From the IMG/VR virus record IMGVR_UViG_3300032277_000011, positions 1 through 43,679 of that record: DNA of 43,679 bases. The stretch is one strand, 5' to 3'. How positions within the stretch are numbered: the first letter of the stretch is position 1; each line of letters starts with the position of its first letter. Shown here piece by piece: positions 35,279-43,679 of the stretch. Below the pieces are notes generated by a model, which did not search any database, had not been told where the DNA came from, and saw only the letters and a list, made by a program, of their open reading frames with translations. This DNA is from a virus (Duplodnaviria > Caudoviricetes). The translations under genes and the position numbers were made by a program.

Positions 35279-37810
35279 ATGGCTACACTAAACCCTGTAA
35301 TCAACCCTAATATCCAACATGAGACACCAGTTGTTAACCAGTCTGGTAGTACTCTATTCCAAGGACTAACCTCAGCACTAGGTACAATCAACACAGCTAA
35401 ACCTAAAGCACCCTCAGCTGCTGAAGTAGACGTATCCCTTAACACAGGGCTTATACGTGGCTTAGAGACTGCTCAGGGCCTTAGAGACCAAGGTAGAGAG
35501 AGGGAAGCCCTTAACATGGAGCGTAGGGTTACTACTAACTTTGCTGTAGCTGGTGGTGACTTAGGTAGTAACGATACTAAAGCTCTGATTGAGACATACA
35601 CAGGTAAACCAGTAGACTTTGTTGGGTTCTCAGCTGAGGAGGTAGCCCTTAATACAGCTATGCAGACTCCTGAGTTCCAGAACTACTTCATTGGCTCCTT
35701 CTCTGATCCTTCTATGTCGACTGCTACTGAAGAAGAACGTGTAGCCTATGCTGTTAACCGTATCTCCAGAGCACAAGGTAATGCACTGCTCATTGAGGAA
35801 GCACAGCAGAAGTGGACTAACCAGAGTGAAGGTGCGTATAACTCAGTTATCTCTGACTTCATTGACACTAACATTGGTGCCTTGGTTATTGCTGATCAAC
35901 AGGGCCAGACCCTATCACTAGAAGGCATACAGGAGAACAGGGCACAGTGGGAACTAACTAAATCTACTGTGCTACGTAGACCACCTAATGTATCTACTGA
36001 TCAATGGAACTCCATTAAAAGTCAGATTGATACTATTGACTCAACACTGCAATACCTAGAAACTATGGCTGGTAATGAGAACGTATCTTCACGTTTAGCT
36101 GACAACATGGTACGAGCTATCCAAGATGTAGCTAAGTCTGAAGGTAGGGGACTTAATGCTGGCGAGAACATTGTACTTCAGATGGTCCTAAGGCATGACA
36201 CACAGTCTCTCTTAGCCCTTAGTGAACAGGGTACAGTCTTTAATGAAGCTATCAAGGCTGCTGAAGGTTTAGCTAGTGTATCTGCTGCTCGTGTATCCCT
36301 AGGGTTCCAACAGGTAAGTGGAGTATCAGCTGACCCTAATGATCCTAATGCTGGTATAGCCCTAAGCAATGGGTGGGACCCTGAAGTCTTTGAGGGAGCT
36401 AAAGGTGGGGACCCTAGTGAGTCCTTAGCTAGAGCCTCAGGTCTTATGTCCCTTAATGTTGGCACTAAACCAGCTGTACTCTCTGATCCTACTTATCAGG
36501 AACAGTGGGGTGTAGCTATGTCCTCAGGGTTTGCTTCTCTATACCATGTAACTGACCAAGAGAACTGGGTTACTGAAGGTAAGTACAGAGAACTCCTATC
36601 TCCTGAGCTATTCGCTAACCTTGAAGCTATGAAGACAGTTAATCCTGTTCTTTATGAGGCTCTAAGAGGTAATGCTTTCACAGCTATAGACAAGAATAGG
36701 GCATCACTACTAGCTAATCTATCTCAACGTGAGAGTGGAGAAGTATTCCAGTATGATCCTACAACAAGTAAGTTCGTAGCTACACTAGATGGTGTCCTAT
36801 CCTCTAACCTTATAGCTAGTAACATTAAGAGTGCACTAGTTACCTTAGTTAATGAGAGTTATGGTGGTGATGTGAATGCTGCCTTTGATGATGCTTCCTT
36901 TAACCTCACACCTCTAGCTGGTACTGACATTACGTTAGGTAAGATCAAGGAGATATTCCAACCTTCAGATACTGTAGTTAAACAGGTAGCAGCCCTAAGG
37001 TTCTTGAATGAACAGGCTCAACGTGTAGCTCCTCAACCAGTAAGTGATGGTGGTACTGTAGCTGATGACACTAACACAGCTCTAGGTGTTTCTGCTTCTC
37101 CTATGATATCCTTATTAGATGAAGTAGAAGGAGGTGGAGACTACAATGCACTGTTTGGTTTCTCTAACAGAGATGGTGGACAGTTCTCAGGTACAAGTAT
37201 TACCGAGATGACCCTAGGTGAGTTAGCTGAGTTTACTAAAGGCACTGGTCAGTATGGTCAGTGGGTTAAAGGACAGGTAGGACGTGTAGCAACACCACTA
37301 GGTAGATATCAATTCGTGGGTTCCACTCTACGTGAGGTAGCTAAGAAGATGGGCTTACCTGACAGTACCGTGTTCTCTCCTCAGGTACAGGACTCTATCT
37401 TTGGGTTCCACATGCAAGACATCCTGAGTAGACAAAACACAATAGAGGGTAAGATGAGAGTAGCTAGAAGTACATGGGAAGGGTTTAAGCATGTTCCTGA
37501 TGCTTCTCTAGTTAGGGCCATTGAGTCCTTTGAGAGGGGTACTCCTATCACATCTGAAACTCTGCAAGGTATGGAGACACCACCTAAGAGAGACGACTTC
37601 AATATCAACACACAAGCATCTATAGCTAAGAACCCTGAAGGTATGACTACACCAGTACAGAGAGTACCTAACATTGAGGCTCTCATAGAGGGTGGAGCTA
37701 AGTCCTTTGAGAGTGAAGAAGAACTCAGTGAAGCTATCTCTAAAGGTGAGGTAGAAGATGGTGAACTAGTTATTGTAGCTGGTCGTAGGCGCATAGCGGA
37801 GAAAGGTTAG
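35279..37810 (+). CDS. internal virion protein with C-terminal lysozyme-like muralytic domain
   Basis: EVEGGGDYNALFG...MTLGEL...GRYQF..STL...FSPQVQD. Confidence 0.75.
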   Translation: MATLNPVINPNIQHETPVVNQSGSTLFQGLTSALGTINTAKPKAPSAAEVDVSLNTGLIRGLETAQGLRDQGREREALNMERRVTTNFAVAGGDLGSNDTKALIETYTGKPVDFVGFSAEEVALNTAMQTPEFQNYFIGSFSDPSMSTATEEERVAYAVNRISRAQGNALLIEEAQQKWTNQSEGAYNSVISDFIDTNIGALVIADQQGQTLSLEGIQENRAQWELTKSTVLRRPPNVSTDQWNSIKSQIDTIDSTLQYLETMAGNENVSSRLADNMVRAIQDVAKSEGRGLNAGENIVLQMVLRHDTQSLLALSEQGTVFNEAIKAAEGLASVSAARVSLGFQQVSGVSADPNDPNAGIALSNGWDPEVFEGAKGGDPSESLARASGLMSLNVGTKPAVLSDPTYQEQWGVAMSSGFASLYHVTDQENWVTEGKYRELLSPELFANLEAMKTVNPVLYEALRGNAFTAIDKNRASLLANLSQRESGEVFQYDPTTSKFVATLDGVLSSNLIASNIKSALVTLVNESYGGDVNAAFDDASFNLTPLAGTDITLGKIKEIFQPSDTVVKQVAALRFLNEQAQRVAPQPVSDGGTVADDTNTALGVSASPMISLLDEVEGGGDYNALFGFSNRDGGQFSGTSITEMTLGELAEFTKGTGQYGQWVKGQVGRVATPLGRYQFVGSTLREVAKKMGLPDSTVFSPQVQDSIFGFHMQDILSRQNTIEGKMRVARSTWEGFKHVPDASLVRAIESFERGTPITSETLQGMETPPKRDDFNINTQASIAKNPEGMTTPVQRVPNIEALIEGGAKSFESEEELSEAISKGEVEDGELVIVAGRRRIAEKG

Positions 37811-37812
37811 TC

Positions 37813-38217
37813 ATGTCAAATAGAGTAGAGTATGAACATTATAACGACTTCCCTGAGGAAGAGTGGAGGTGGCCTAACTTCTCACCCAGTGAGTTACAGA
37901 GTAAAAGTGACCATAAGCTGATGGTTGACTACAATTCATTAGACAAACTACAGGCTCTACGAAATATCTTAGGTAAGCCTATGCGTATCACCTCCTCCTA
38001 TAGGTCACTAGATCATAACAGGAAGGTTGGTGGAGCCAAGAACTCTATGCACCTACAGGCTAGGGCCTTTGATATACAAGTGGCAGGACATGACTTGCCT
38101 GAGTTTATAGTACAAGCTAAACGTGTAGGTTTCACAGGGTTTGGTTACTACGAAAGAAGTGGGTTCATCCATATAGATACGGGTAGACCAAGAACTTGGG
38201 GCAACCGCTGGTTCTAA
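37813..38217 (+). CDS. endolysin, peptidase M15 family
   Basis: SSYRS..HN..VGGAKNSMH..ARAFDI, FIHIDTG. Confidence 0.9.
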   Translation: MSNRVEYEHYNDFPEEEWRWPNFSPSELQSKSDHKLMVDYNSLDKLQALRNILGKPMRITSSYRSLDHNRKVGGAKNSMHLQARAFDIQVAGHDLPEFIVQAKRVGFTGFGYYERSGFIHIDTGRPRTWGNRWF

Positions 38218-38221
38218 TACA

Positions 38222-38380
38222 ATGAAGTACCTACTAATCCCTCTTATTATCCTAGCTATATGCTTAATTAGGCTCCTACTTAAAGCCTTGAGTGTAATGA
38301 TTAAGATAGCTGGAGCTAAAGAAAACCTAAGGAAGGCTAAAGAAGATGTCCGAAGAAGAGATACACGACCTAGACATTAG
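38222..38380 (+). CDS. 52-aa membrane protein in the lysis module (not in ORF track)
   Basis: MKYLLIPLIILAICLIRLLLKALSVMIKIAG followed by a basic tail. Confidence 0.45.
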   Translation: MKYLLIPLIILAICLIRLLLKALSVMIKIAGAKENLRKAKEDVRRRDTRPRH

Positions 38381-38531
38381 GTTAACTAAAGTAGAAGAGA
38401 GACTACGTACCATGGCGAGTGACTTAGCTGGTATACTCTCAGGTATCAACAAACTATTATGGTTAATTGGGGGAGGTTTCCTCTCTATTGGGGTAGCCTT
38501 AACTATACAGTTTATTGTGACACATTCATAA
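38346..38531 (+). CDS. coiled-coil plus TM protein (holin-like)
   Basis: RLTKVEERL followed by a C-terminal TM helix. Confidence 0.6.
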   Translation: MSEEEIHDLDIRLTKVEERLRTMASDLAGILSGINKLLWLIGGGFLSIGVALTIQFIVTHS

Positions 38532-39055
38532 TGGATATGTCTAATAAGACAGGTAAGAGGTGTTGCCACTGTAAGGTGACAAAAGACTTGGACTCGTTCC
38601 ACCGCAATAGACGTATGGTTGATGGTTTAACTAGGGAATGTAAAACCTGTGTTAAAGAGTACAACGCCAGACACTACAAGAGAACACGCAAGACTAGGTT
38701 ACAGTGGCAGAAAGAGTACAGGGAGCGTAACCTAGAGTACCGTAAAGAGTACGATAGGATGCAAAGCAAGAGACACTATCAAGAAAACAAAGAGAAGTAT
38801 TACGAAAAGACAGCCACTAGAAGAGCCTCTAAGCTAGAAAGAACTCCTTCTTGGTTGACTGAAGATCATAAAGAAGATATCCGAGACCTGTACAAATTAG
38901 CTAGGAAACTGGAAAAACTTTGTGGTGCCAAATACCATGTAGACCATATTGTACCACTCCAAGGTAAAGACGTCTCAGGTTTACATGTACCTTGGAACCT
39001 ACAACTACTAGAGGCGTCTATGAATCTGAGTAAGGGTAACAAGTATGGCGATTGA
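38531..39055 (+). CDS. HNH homing endonuclease with N-terminal Zn finger
   Basis: KRCCHC...CKTC, TPSWL, YHVDHIVPL, GLHVPWNLQ, NLSKGN; start 38531 from TAATG coupling. Confidence 0.88.
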   Translation: MDMSNKTGKRCCHCKVTKDLDSFHRNRRMVDGLTRECKTCVKEYNARHYKRTRKTRLQWQKEYRERNLEYRKEYDRMQSKRHYQENKEKYYEKTATRRASKLERTPSWLTEDHKEDIRDLYKLARKLEKLCGAKYHVDHIVPLQGKDVSGLHVPWNLQLLEASMNLSKGNKYGD

Positions 39056-39272
39056 CTTAAAGGCCAAGAGTGGTAAGAGGGAACTAGCTTTTATCTTCTC
39101 AAGTATACTAGTCTACTCAATATACAAAGATAACGTAGCTATGGTGGAGGTCATCGTATGGCCTATTATGTCCTTCATAGCAGCATCAGCAGGACTACAT
39201 ATTTATGGTGAATCAAATAAGAGTACTAGGGTTACTTCTACTACTGACAGTGACAGCTTGCAGTCCCCTTGA
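39045..39272 (+). CDS. putative holin
   Basis: Two hydrophobic segments, in the lysis module. Confidence 0.5.
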   Translation: MAIDLKAKSGKRELAFIFSSILVYSIYKDNVAMVEVIVWPIMSFIAASAGLHIYGESNKSTRVTSTTDSDSLQSP

Positions 39273-39555
39273 TGTCTTGGGTACAGTAGCTAATGTAGCT
39301 GGTGGGGGTGGACCTGATGTGTCTGTCCCTATTGATGCTCAGATAGGTAGAGAGAACACTAAGCAAGCTGTAATAGGTGATCAAGTAGGAGGTAATCAGA
39401 CTAACTCTAAGGTAGATGTAGAAGAAGCTAAGGAAGTCACTATTAATGAGTCCCCTAGCTTCTGGTTTATGTTACTGTTTGCTTTAGGTTGGTTACTACC
39501 ATCCCCTAGGGAGATAGCTTCATGGGTCCTTAGTCTATTCGGAGTCAAGAGGTAA
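39205..39555 (+). CDS. putative unimolecular spanin
   Basis: N-terminal lipoprotein signal (LLLLTVTA-C) plus C-terminal TM (FWFMLLFALGWLLPSP). Confidence 0.7.
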   Translation: MVNQIRVLGLLLLLTVTACSPLDVLGTVANVAGGGGPDVSVPIDAQIGRENTKQAVIGDQVGGNQTNSKVDVEEAKEVTINESPSFWFMLLFALGWLLPSPREIASWVLSLFGVKR

Positions 39556-39801
39556 CTTATAGGTTAGACCAGCCTTCTTCCTCTCCCTCTGGTACCTCTC
39601 AGGTGTATATCTACCTAGTGTCTGGTGGTTGTAAGGGCCTAACTTATGTTCCTCCATGCAGTACCTACACCACCTGTACCTGTAGTCAGTCTTAGGGTTA
39701 GTGTAGGTCTTATATGTCTTACAGTTCTGACAGGTGAGTACTACATCAGGATCATTAAGGTATACTGACCAGTCCTTGCTAGAGCTACGCTCATTACTCA
39801 C
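39535..39801 (-). CDS. small zinc-finger protein
   Basis: CQNC...CRYC; overlaps the spanin 3' end. Confidence 0.55.
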   Translation of the reverse strand: MSNERSSSKDWSVYLNDPDVVLTCQNCKTYKTYTNPKTDYRYRWCRYCMEEHKLGPYNHQTLGRYTPERYQRERKKAGLTYKLPLDSE

Positions 39802-40048
39802 CTTCCATCTCTTTGATTAGCCTGTTCAAATACCAGACCTGTTTCTTTAGGTCTTCAATAGGTTTACCCTTGTAACGATAGCGGTGGCCATATTTCTTAG
39901 CGCACCCCTCTAAGTACCCTAAGAACATTACGTGGTCCATGTTCGCTTTCATATAATCAATAGCTTCAATACCTCCGGCTGTATAGTGCGGGGGTTTTTC
40001 TATGAGGTCTTCCTTAACCCCTCTCATGTCTTCATAATGTGAACTCAT
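39794..40048 (-). CDS. DUF3310 (SaV-like) protein
   Basis: PPHYTAGGIEAID...KY..RY..KG..IEDLKK..WYL. Confidence 0.85.
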   Translation of the reverse strand: MSSHYEDMRGVKEDLIEKPPHYTAGGIEAIDYMKANMDHVMFLGYLEGCAKKYGHRYRYKGKPIEDLKKQVWYLNRLIKEMEGE

Positions 40049-40224
40049 TTACTACTACCTCTCTGTAATCTATCTGAGTCTAGCCAGATAAGCTTATTGA
40101 TGTCACCTCTAGTAATGCCAATGTCGTCTAGTTCCCTGTTAGATAGGGCGTTAAGTTGTTTAATTACACTACGGTGCTCACGCCATGTAGCTAGAAAGTT
40201 CCAGTATCTTCGTAGTATGTTCAT
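40045..40224 (-). CDS. DUF1127 (YjiS-like) small protein
   Basis: W...R....QLNALSNRELDDIGITRGDI signature. Confidence 0.85.
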   Translation of the reverse strand: MNILRRYWNFLATWREHRSVIKQLNALSNRELDDIGITRGDINKLIWLDSDRLQRGSSK

Positions 40225-41069
40225 CGTGTTAGTTCCTTCCATGAATACTTGTATAGTGGTTGAATGATCTCTTGTATCTGTTGTGCTACCTCTTGTACTT
40301 CTTTCTGTGCGTGAGGATCAGACCTCTGGTTGTACATATTAGCCCACCCCATTAGACTACCAGTCATGAAGAACTCGGTATACATAGACTGAGGCAGCAC
40401 CATACGTGCTTGTTCAGGGCATACTCCTAACTCTAGGAGTTCCTCGTAGTTCCCTTGTTGGTACCCAAACTGTTGCCAGAGTGTAGTGGGCACTTCAACC
40501 TCTTCATCACTACTCCCTTGCTTCACGTTGTCAGCAGCTTTACGCCACACCTCAGGTACATAGAACTCAGGTTCATCAGTGACGTACCTACGGCTAACCT
40601 CATTAACAACAAACCCTACCTGATGTTTATGTATCTGTCTAGCTACAAACAAAGGTACCTTCATGTGTAAGGTTACTTGGCAATGTCCAAAGGGTGTCCA
40701 ATGTGAAGGCATCTTCTTGATGTGGTTTAGGAGGTCTGTAAGTGTGTCTTCGTCCTCTTTTAAGTTACCACCACCTCCACCCTCCTGATAGAGTACTGTT
40801 TCCCCTATAGTATGACCAGCCTCTTGCACCTCAACAAATACTTTATCCCAATCCCCACTCGTACAACCACGAGCAAGGAAAGCGATTAACGATTGGTCAG
40901 GCTTTGAGAGAATGCCAGTTCTCTCTTCTGGGTACCCCCAGCCGTTTTCAACATACTCTTTAACCATTTCCTCACGTTGTACCCACTTACTACGTTTACC
41001 AAAGGACACTCTAGCCATGTTGACTACCTTCAAGTCATCTCCACAGTGGTCTTCATAAGTCACAATCAT
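40221..41069 (-). CDS. thyX: flavin-dependent thymidylate synthase
   Basis: VVNMARVSF, HWTPFGH, PLFVARQ..KH...NEVSRRY, EQARMVLP, HAQKE. Confidence 0.92.
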   Translation of the reverse strand: MIVTYEDHCGDDLKVVNMARVSFGKRSKWVQREEMVKEYVENGWGYPEERTGILSKPDQSLIAFLARGCTSGDWDKVFVEVQEAGHTIGETVLYQEGGGGGNLKEDEDTLTDLLNHIKKMPSHWTPFGHCQVTLHMKVPLFVARQIHKHQVGFVVNEVSRRYVTDEPEFYVPEVWRKAADNVKQGSSDEEVEVPTTLWQQFGYQQGNYEELLELGVCPEQARMVLPQSMYTEFFMTGSLMGWANMYNQRSDPHAQKEVQEVAQQIQEIIQPLYKYSWKELTR

Positions 41070-42850
41070 TCACATGTCCTCCGTCCAGTTTGTAGGTCCA
41101 CATAACAGGCTGCACCTTCAACCTCATCATGGTTCTCTTCTACCTCTTCTTCCTCTACTACATCCTCAGCTGCACTAGCAGTCAAGATACCGTACCTCTT
41201 ACCAGCCGCCCTGAAGGTAGTACATCCACTAGCACCTCCTTCATAGGCTCTCATGTATACCTCCTTGAATTGCTCCCATGTCACATCATCGCCTACGTTA
41301 CACGTCTTACTACAAGCACTGTCCACATACTTACTTGCTGTAGTCAATACATCCACATGATCAAAGACTGATAGCTCATTGGCTGTAACACCCTTGACAC
41401 CGTACTCTCTGTACCCGTAGTCAGTAACCCGCTCAGTACGAGGACCCTCAAAGGTTTGTATTAGTCTGTCGTATGAGTGAGAGAAGACTGGTTCTATACC
41501 ACTGGAGATGTTATCAGCAGATAGGCTAATAGTACCAGTAGGGGCAATGCTAAGAAGATGTGAGTTACGTATCCCATGTGTCTTAATGTCCTCTCTAATG
41601 TCCTCAGGTAAGCTCATAGCGAACTCACTGTTAAGGTACTCCTCATGGTACAAGGGGAAGGCACCCTTAGTCATAGCCAGTTCAATAGAGGACCTATAGG
41701 CTGTATCTCTAAGGATAGTCATGACCTCAGTAGTGAAGGCAAGGAACCCAGTACTACCATACTTAAACCCTAAGGCTTCACCAGCGTTAGCTAACCCAGT
41801 GATACCTAGGCCCATACGTCTCTTGTCTTTAGCTTCCTTCTCCTGTTGTGGTAGGGGGTAGATAGCACGATCAACTACATTATCCATAGCTCTAACTACT
41901 GGCCCTATGTCTTCCTTTAAGGCTTGATAGTCAAAGAACCTAACAGCTTTATCTGGATACTCCCTTTCAGCTGACCAAGGTTTGTTGCCTTGAGTATACA
42001 CATACTTAGTAAGATTAAAGGACCCAAGCAGACAGGCACCATAAGGTGGCAGTGGTTGTTCTCCACATGGGTTAGTAGCAGCTATCTCCTCACAATAATG
42101 TAGATTATTCTTATCATTCATACGATCAATGAACAAAATTCCTGGTTCTGCCCAGTCCCAAGTACTCCGAAGTATCTCATTCCATAGGGCTGTAGCACTA
42201 ACTGTCTTATATACACGACCCTCAAAGACTAGATCAAAGTCAGTGTCCTCCTTCACTGCCTCCATGAACTCATCTGTCACACCAACACTAAGGTTGAACT
42301 GAGTAAGAGTATCACTGTTGTTCTTTACTCTAATGAACTCCTCAATATCTGGGTGGTCAACTCTAAGTACACCCATCTGAGCACCCCTACGGTGGCCAGC
42401 ACTAGCAACAGTCTTACAGGTAGCGTCGAAGATTTCCATGAAAGATAGAGGACCGCTAGAGCGGCTGTCAAGACTACGTATAAGAGCGCCACGAGGACGT
42501 AGTGTACTAAAGTCATAACCTATTCCTCCTCCTAGTTGCATTGTCTTAGCTGCTTCCTTAGCTGCATCCATAATGCCATCCATACTGTCATCTAGTGTGT
42601 TAGAGACGAAGCAGTTGTATGGTGTGGTCTGTCTAGCTGCACCCATAGAGGACTGTACTCGTCCAGCTGGGAGGAACCTCTGATCTAATAGGATATCTCT
42701 GAAGGTGTTGTAGTGTTCATCAGTATCCTTAAGGGCATCAGCTACCCTAGTCATAGCTTCTTTAAAGGACTCACCCTTACCACGATACTTCATGGCATGT
42801 ATCTCTTTACTGATACCTAGTGTTGGTCCGTATTCCTTAGGTTCACTCAT
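41066..42850 (-). CDS. nrdJ: class II (adenosylcobalamin-dependent) ribonucleotide reductase
   Basis: NCFV, GGGIG, RRGAQM, TNPCGEQ, IAPTGT; no beta subunit in the window. Confidence 0.9.
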   Translation of the reverse strand: MSEPKEYGPTLGISKEIHAMKYRGKGESFKEAMTRVADALKDTDEHYNTFRDILLDQRFLPAGRVQSSMGAARQTTPYNCFVSNTLDDSMDGIMDAAKEAAKTMQLGGGIGYDFSTLRPRGALIRSLDSRSSGPLSFMEIFDATCKTVASAGHRRGAQMGVLRVDHPDIEEFIRVKNNSDTLTQFNLSVGVTDEFMEAVKEDTDFDLVFEGRVYKTVSATALWNEILRSTWDWAEPGILFIDRMNDKNNLHYCEEIAATNPCGEQPLPPYGACLLGSFNLTKYVYTQGNKPWSAEREYPDKAVRFFDYQALKEDIGPVVRAMDNVVDRAIYPLPQQEKEAKDKRRMGLGITGLANAGEALGFKYGSTGFLAFTTEVMTILRDTAYRSSIELAMTKGAFPLYHEEYLNSEFAMSLPEDIREDIKTHGIRNSHLLSIAPTGTISLSADNISSGIEPVFSHSYDRLIQTFEGPRTERVTDYGYREYGVKGVTANELSVFDHVDVLTTASKYVDSACSKTCNVGDDVTWEQFKEVYMRAYEGGASGCTTFRAAGKRYGILTASAAEDVVEEEEVEENHDEVEGAACYVDLQTGRRTCE

Positions 42851-43158
42851 CGATTATCTCCATTCCCTTTAAGGACACCACGTTTCCTACGTGACTCTAG
42901 TTTCTCTATGTTCCTATCAGCTACCTCGCTAAGGTCATACCCTAAGTCATTAGCTAGGTTAGCTACATACCATAGGACATCCCCTAGTTCCTTTACTGTA
43001 GCTTCATGGTCTAGTACACCATCGCCACGTAACATCTTCTTAACCTTCTCAGCTATCTCTCCTGACTCACCAACTAACCCTAAGGTAGGGTAGATGATAG
43101 AGTGTTGCTTAGGGTAGATAGCAAAGCTAGTAGCCTTCCGTTGGTATTCATTTAACAT
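42847..43158 (-). CDS. mazG: MazG-like nucleotide pyrophosphohydrolase
   Basis: LGLVGESGEIAEKVKK, ELGDVLWY, NIEKL..R. Confidence 0.9.
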   Translation of the reverse strand: MLNEYQRKATSFAIYPKQHSIIYPTLGLVGESGEIAEKVKKMLRGDGVLDHEATVKELGDVLWYVANLANDLGYDLSEVADRNIEKLESRRKRGVLKGNGDNR

Positions 43159-43477
43159 CTTTCAGTACCTCAGATAACAGTTTCATTATAGTCTCATTAG
43201 CTTTACGTAGGTCAGCCAACTCCTGTCTCATCTCCTTATACCACTTCTCATAATTCTCTACCTTAGGTATAGAAGCTGTGAGTGTATCAGAGTTATACGT
43301 AGGAGGCCATAGAGTATTGTTTGCCAACCCATCACCTGAGGTTAGTTCACCTAATGTAGTAGGAGGGTTGATCCTGTGTTCTACCATTGCCCTCTTCATT
43401 GCTTCCCTCTCTTCCATGACATCACGTAGTTGTCTCTCGTACGTATCCATTCCCTTGCTCGTCGCAGTATCAACCAT
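43148..43477 (-). CDS. hypothetical protein
   Basis: GGAGGAG before ATG 43477. Confidence 0.65.
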   Translation of the reverse strand: MVDTATSKGMDTYERQLRDVMEEREAMKRAMVEHRINPPTTLGELTSGDGLANNTLWPPTYNSDTLTASIPKVENYEKWYKEMRQELADLRKANETIMKLLSEVLKDVK

Positions 43478-43679
43478 CGTCTCCTCCTTCCCTGTCCCAC
43501 TCATCCAAATCTCCTTCGGGTATATCGACATAAAAGTAATCCTCTAAGCACAGTAGTCCTCTACGTACTAGTAAAGCTACAACAGCGTACTCCTCTATAT
43601 CATTCTGTTCTAGGAGCATGTCTAACCCATAAGAGTTAAGGACTATATTGATACGTTGTTCTTGTAGTAAATCTTCTGT
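43470..43679 (-). CDS. hypothetical protein entering from the window edge
   Basis: Open frame of 70 codons: TEDLLQEQRINIVLNSYGLDMLLEQNDIEE...LEDYF... Confidence 0.6.
   Translation of the reverse strand, partial: TEDLLQEQRINIVLNSYGLDMLLEQNDIEEYAVVALLVRRGLLCLEDYFYVDIPEGDLDEWDREGGDDG

Noticed and set aside
16261-37794. Many minus-strand ORFs antisense to structural genes, and plus-strand ORFs antisense to replication genes
   Set aside because: Ser/Leu-rich shadow frames fully inside well-supported genes

Overview
The window looks like a near-complete, circularly permuted genome of a T7-supergroup podovirus that lacks its own RNA polymerase. It resembles cobaviruses/Zobellviridae (SIO1-type), and the host is probably an alphaproteobacterium (inferred from DUF1127 and gene content). 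There are two arms. The minus-strand early/replication arm (15.3 kb to 1, continuing 43.7 kb to 39.5 kb) carries a SAM-lyase-like protein, a CobS/CobT-like AAA+/vWA pair, primase-helicase, a split family A DNA polymerase, SSB, a Cas4-like exonuclease, endonuclease I, a metallophosphoesterase, MazG, class II RNR, ThyX, DUF1127 and DUF3310. The plus-strand arm (16.1-39.6 kb) carries TerS/TerL, tail fibres including an SGNH esterase, portal, scaffold, MCP, tail tubular proteins, GNAT, internal virion proteins and lysis genes. The arms diverge from a promoter-rich non-coding region at about 15.3-16.1 kb, the probable physical terminus. The most unusual signal is a dispersed set of seven small minus-strand ORFs that all end in E-M-L-stop (six in PxEML-stop). 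They sit at junctions beside core genes, and one lies inside the split polymerase locus next to an apparent endonuclease VII remnant. Other notable signals are a conserved TGAGAGC-loop-GCTYC-AA hairpin in three copies, a mini-ORF that mimics the TerS N-terminus, and a G-quadruplex motif near the predicted terminus. All calls come from reading motifs by eye; no database searches were run.
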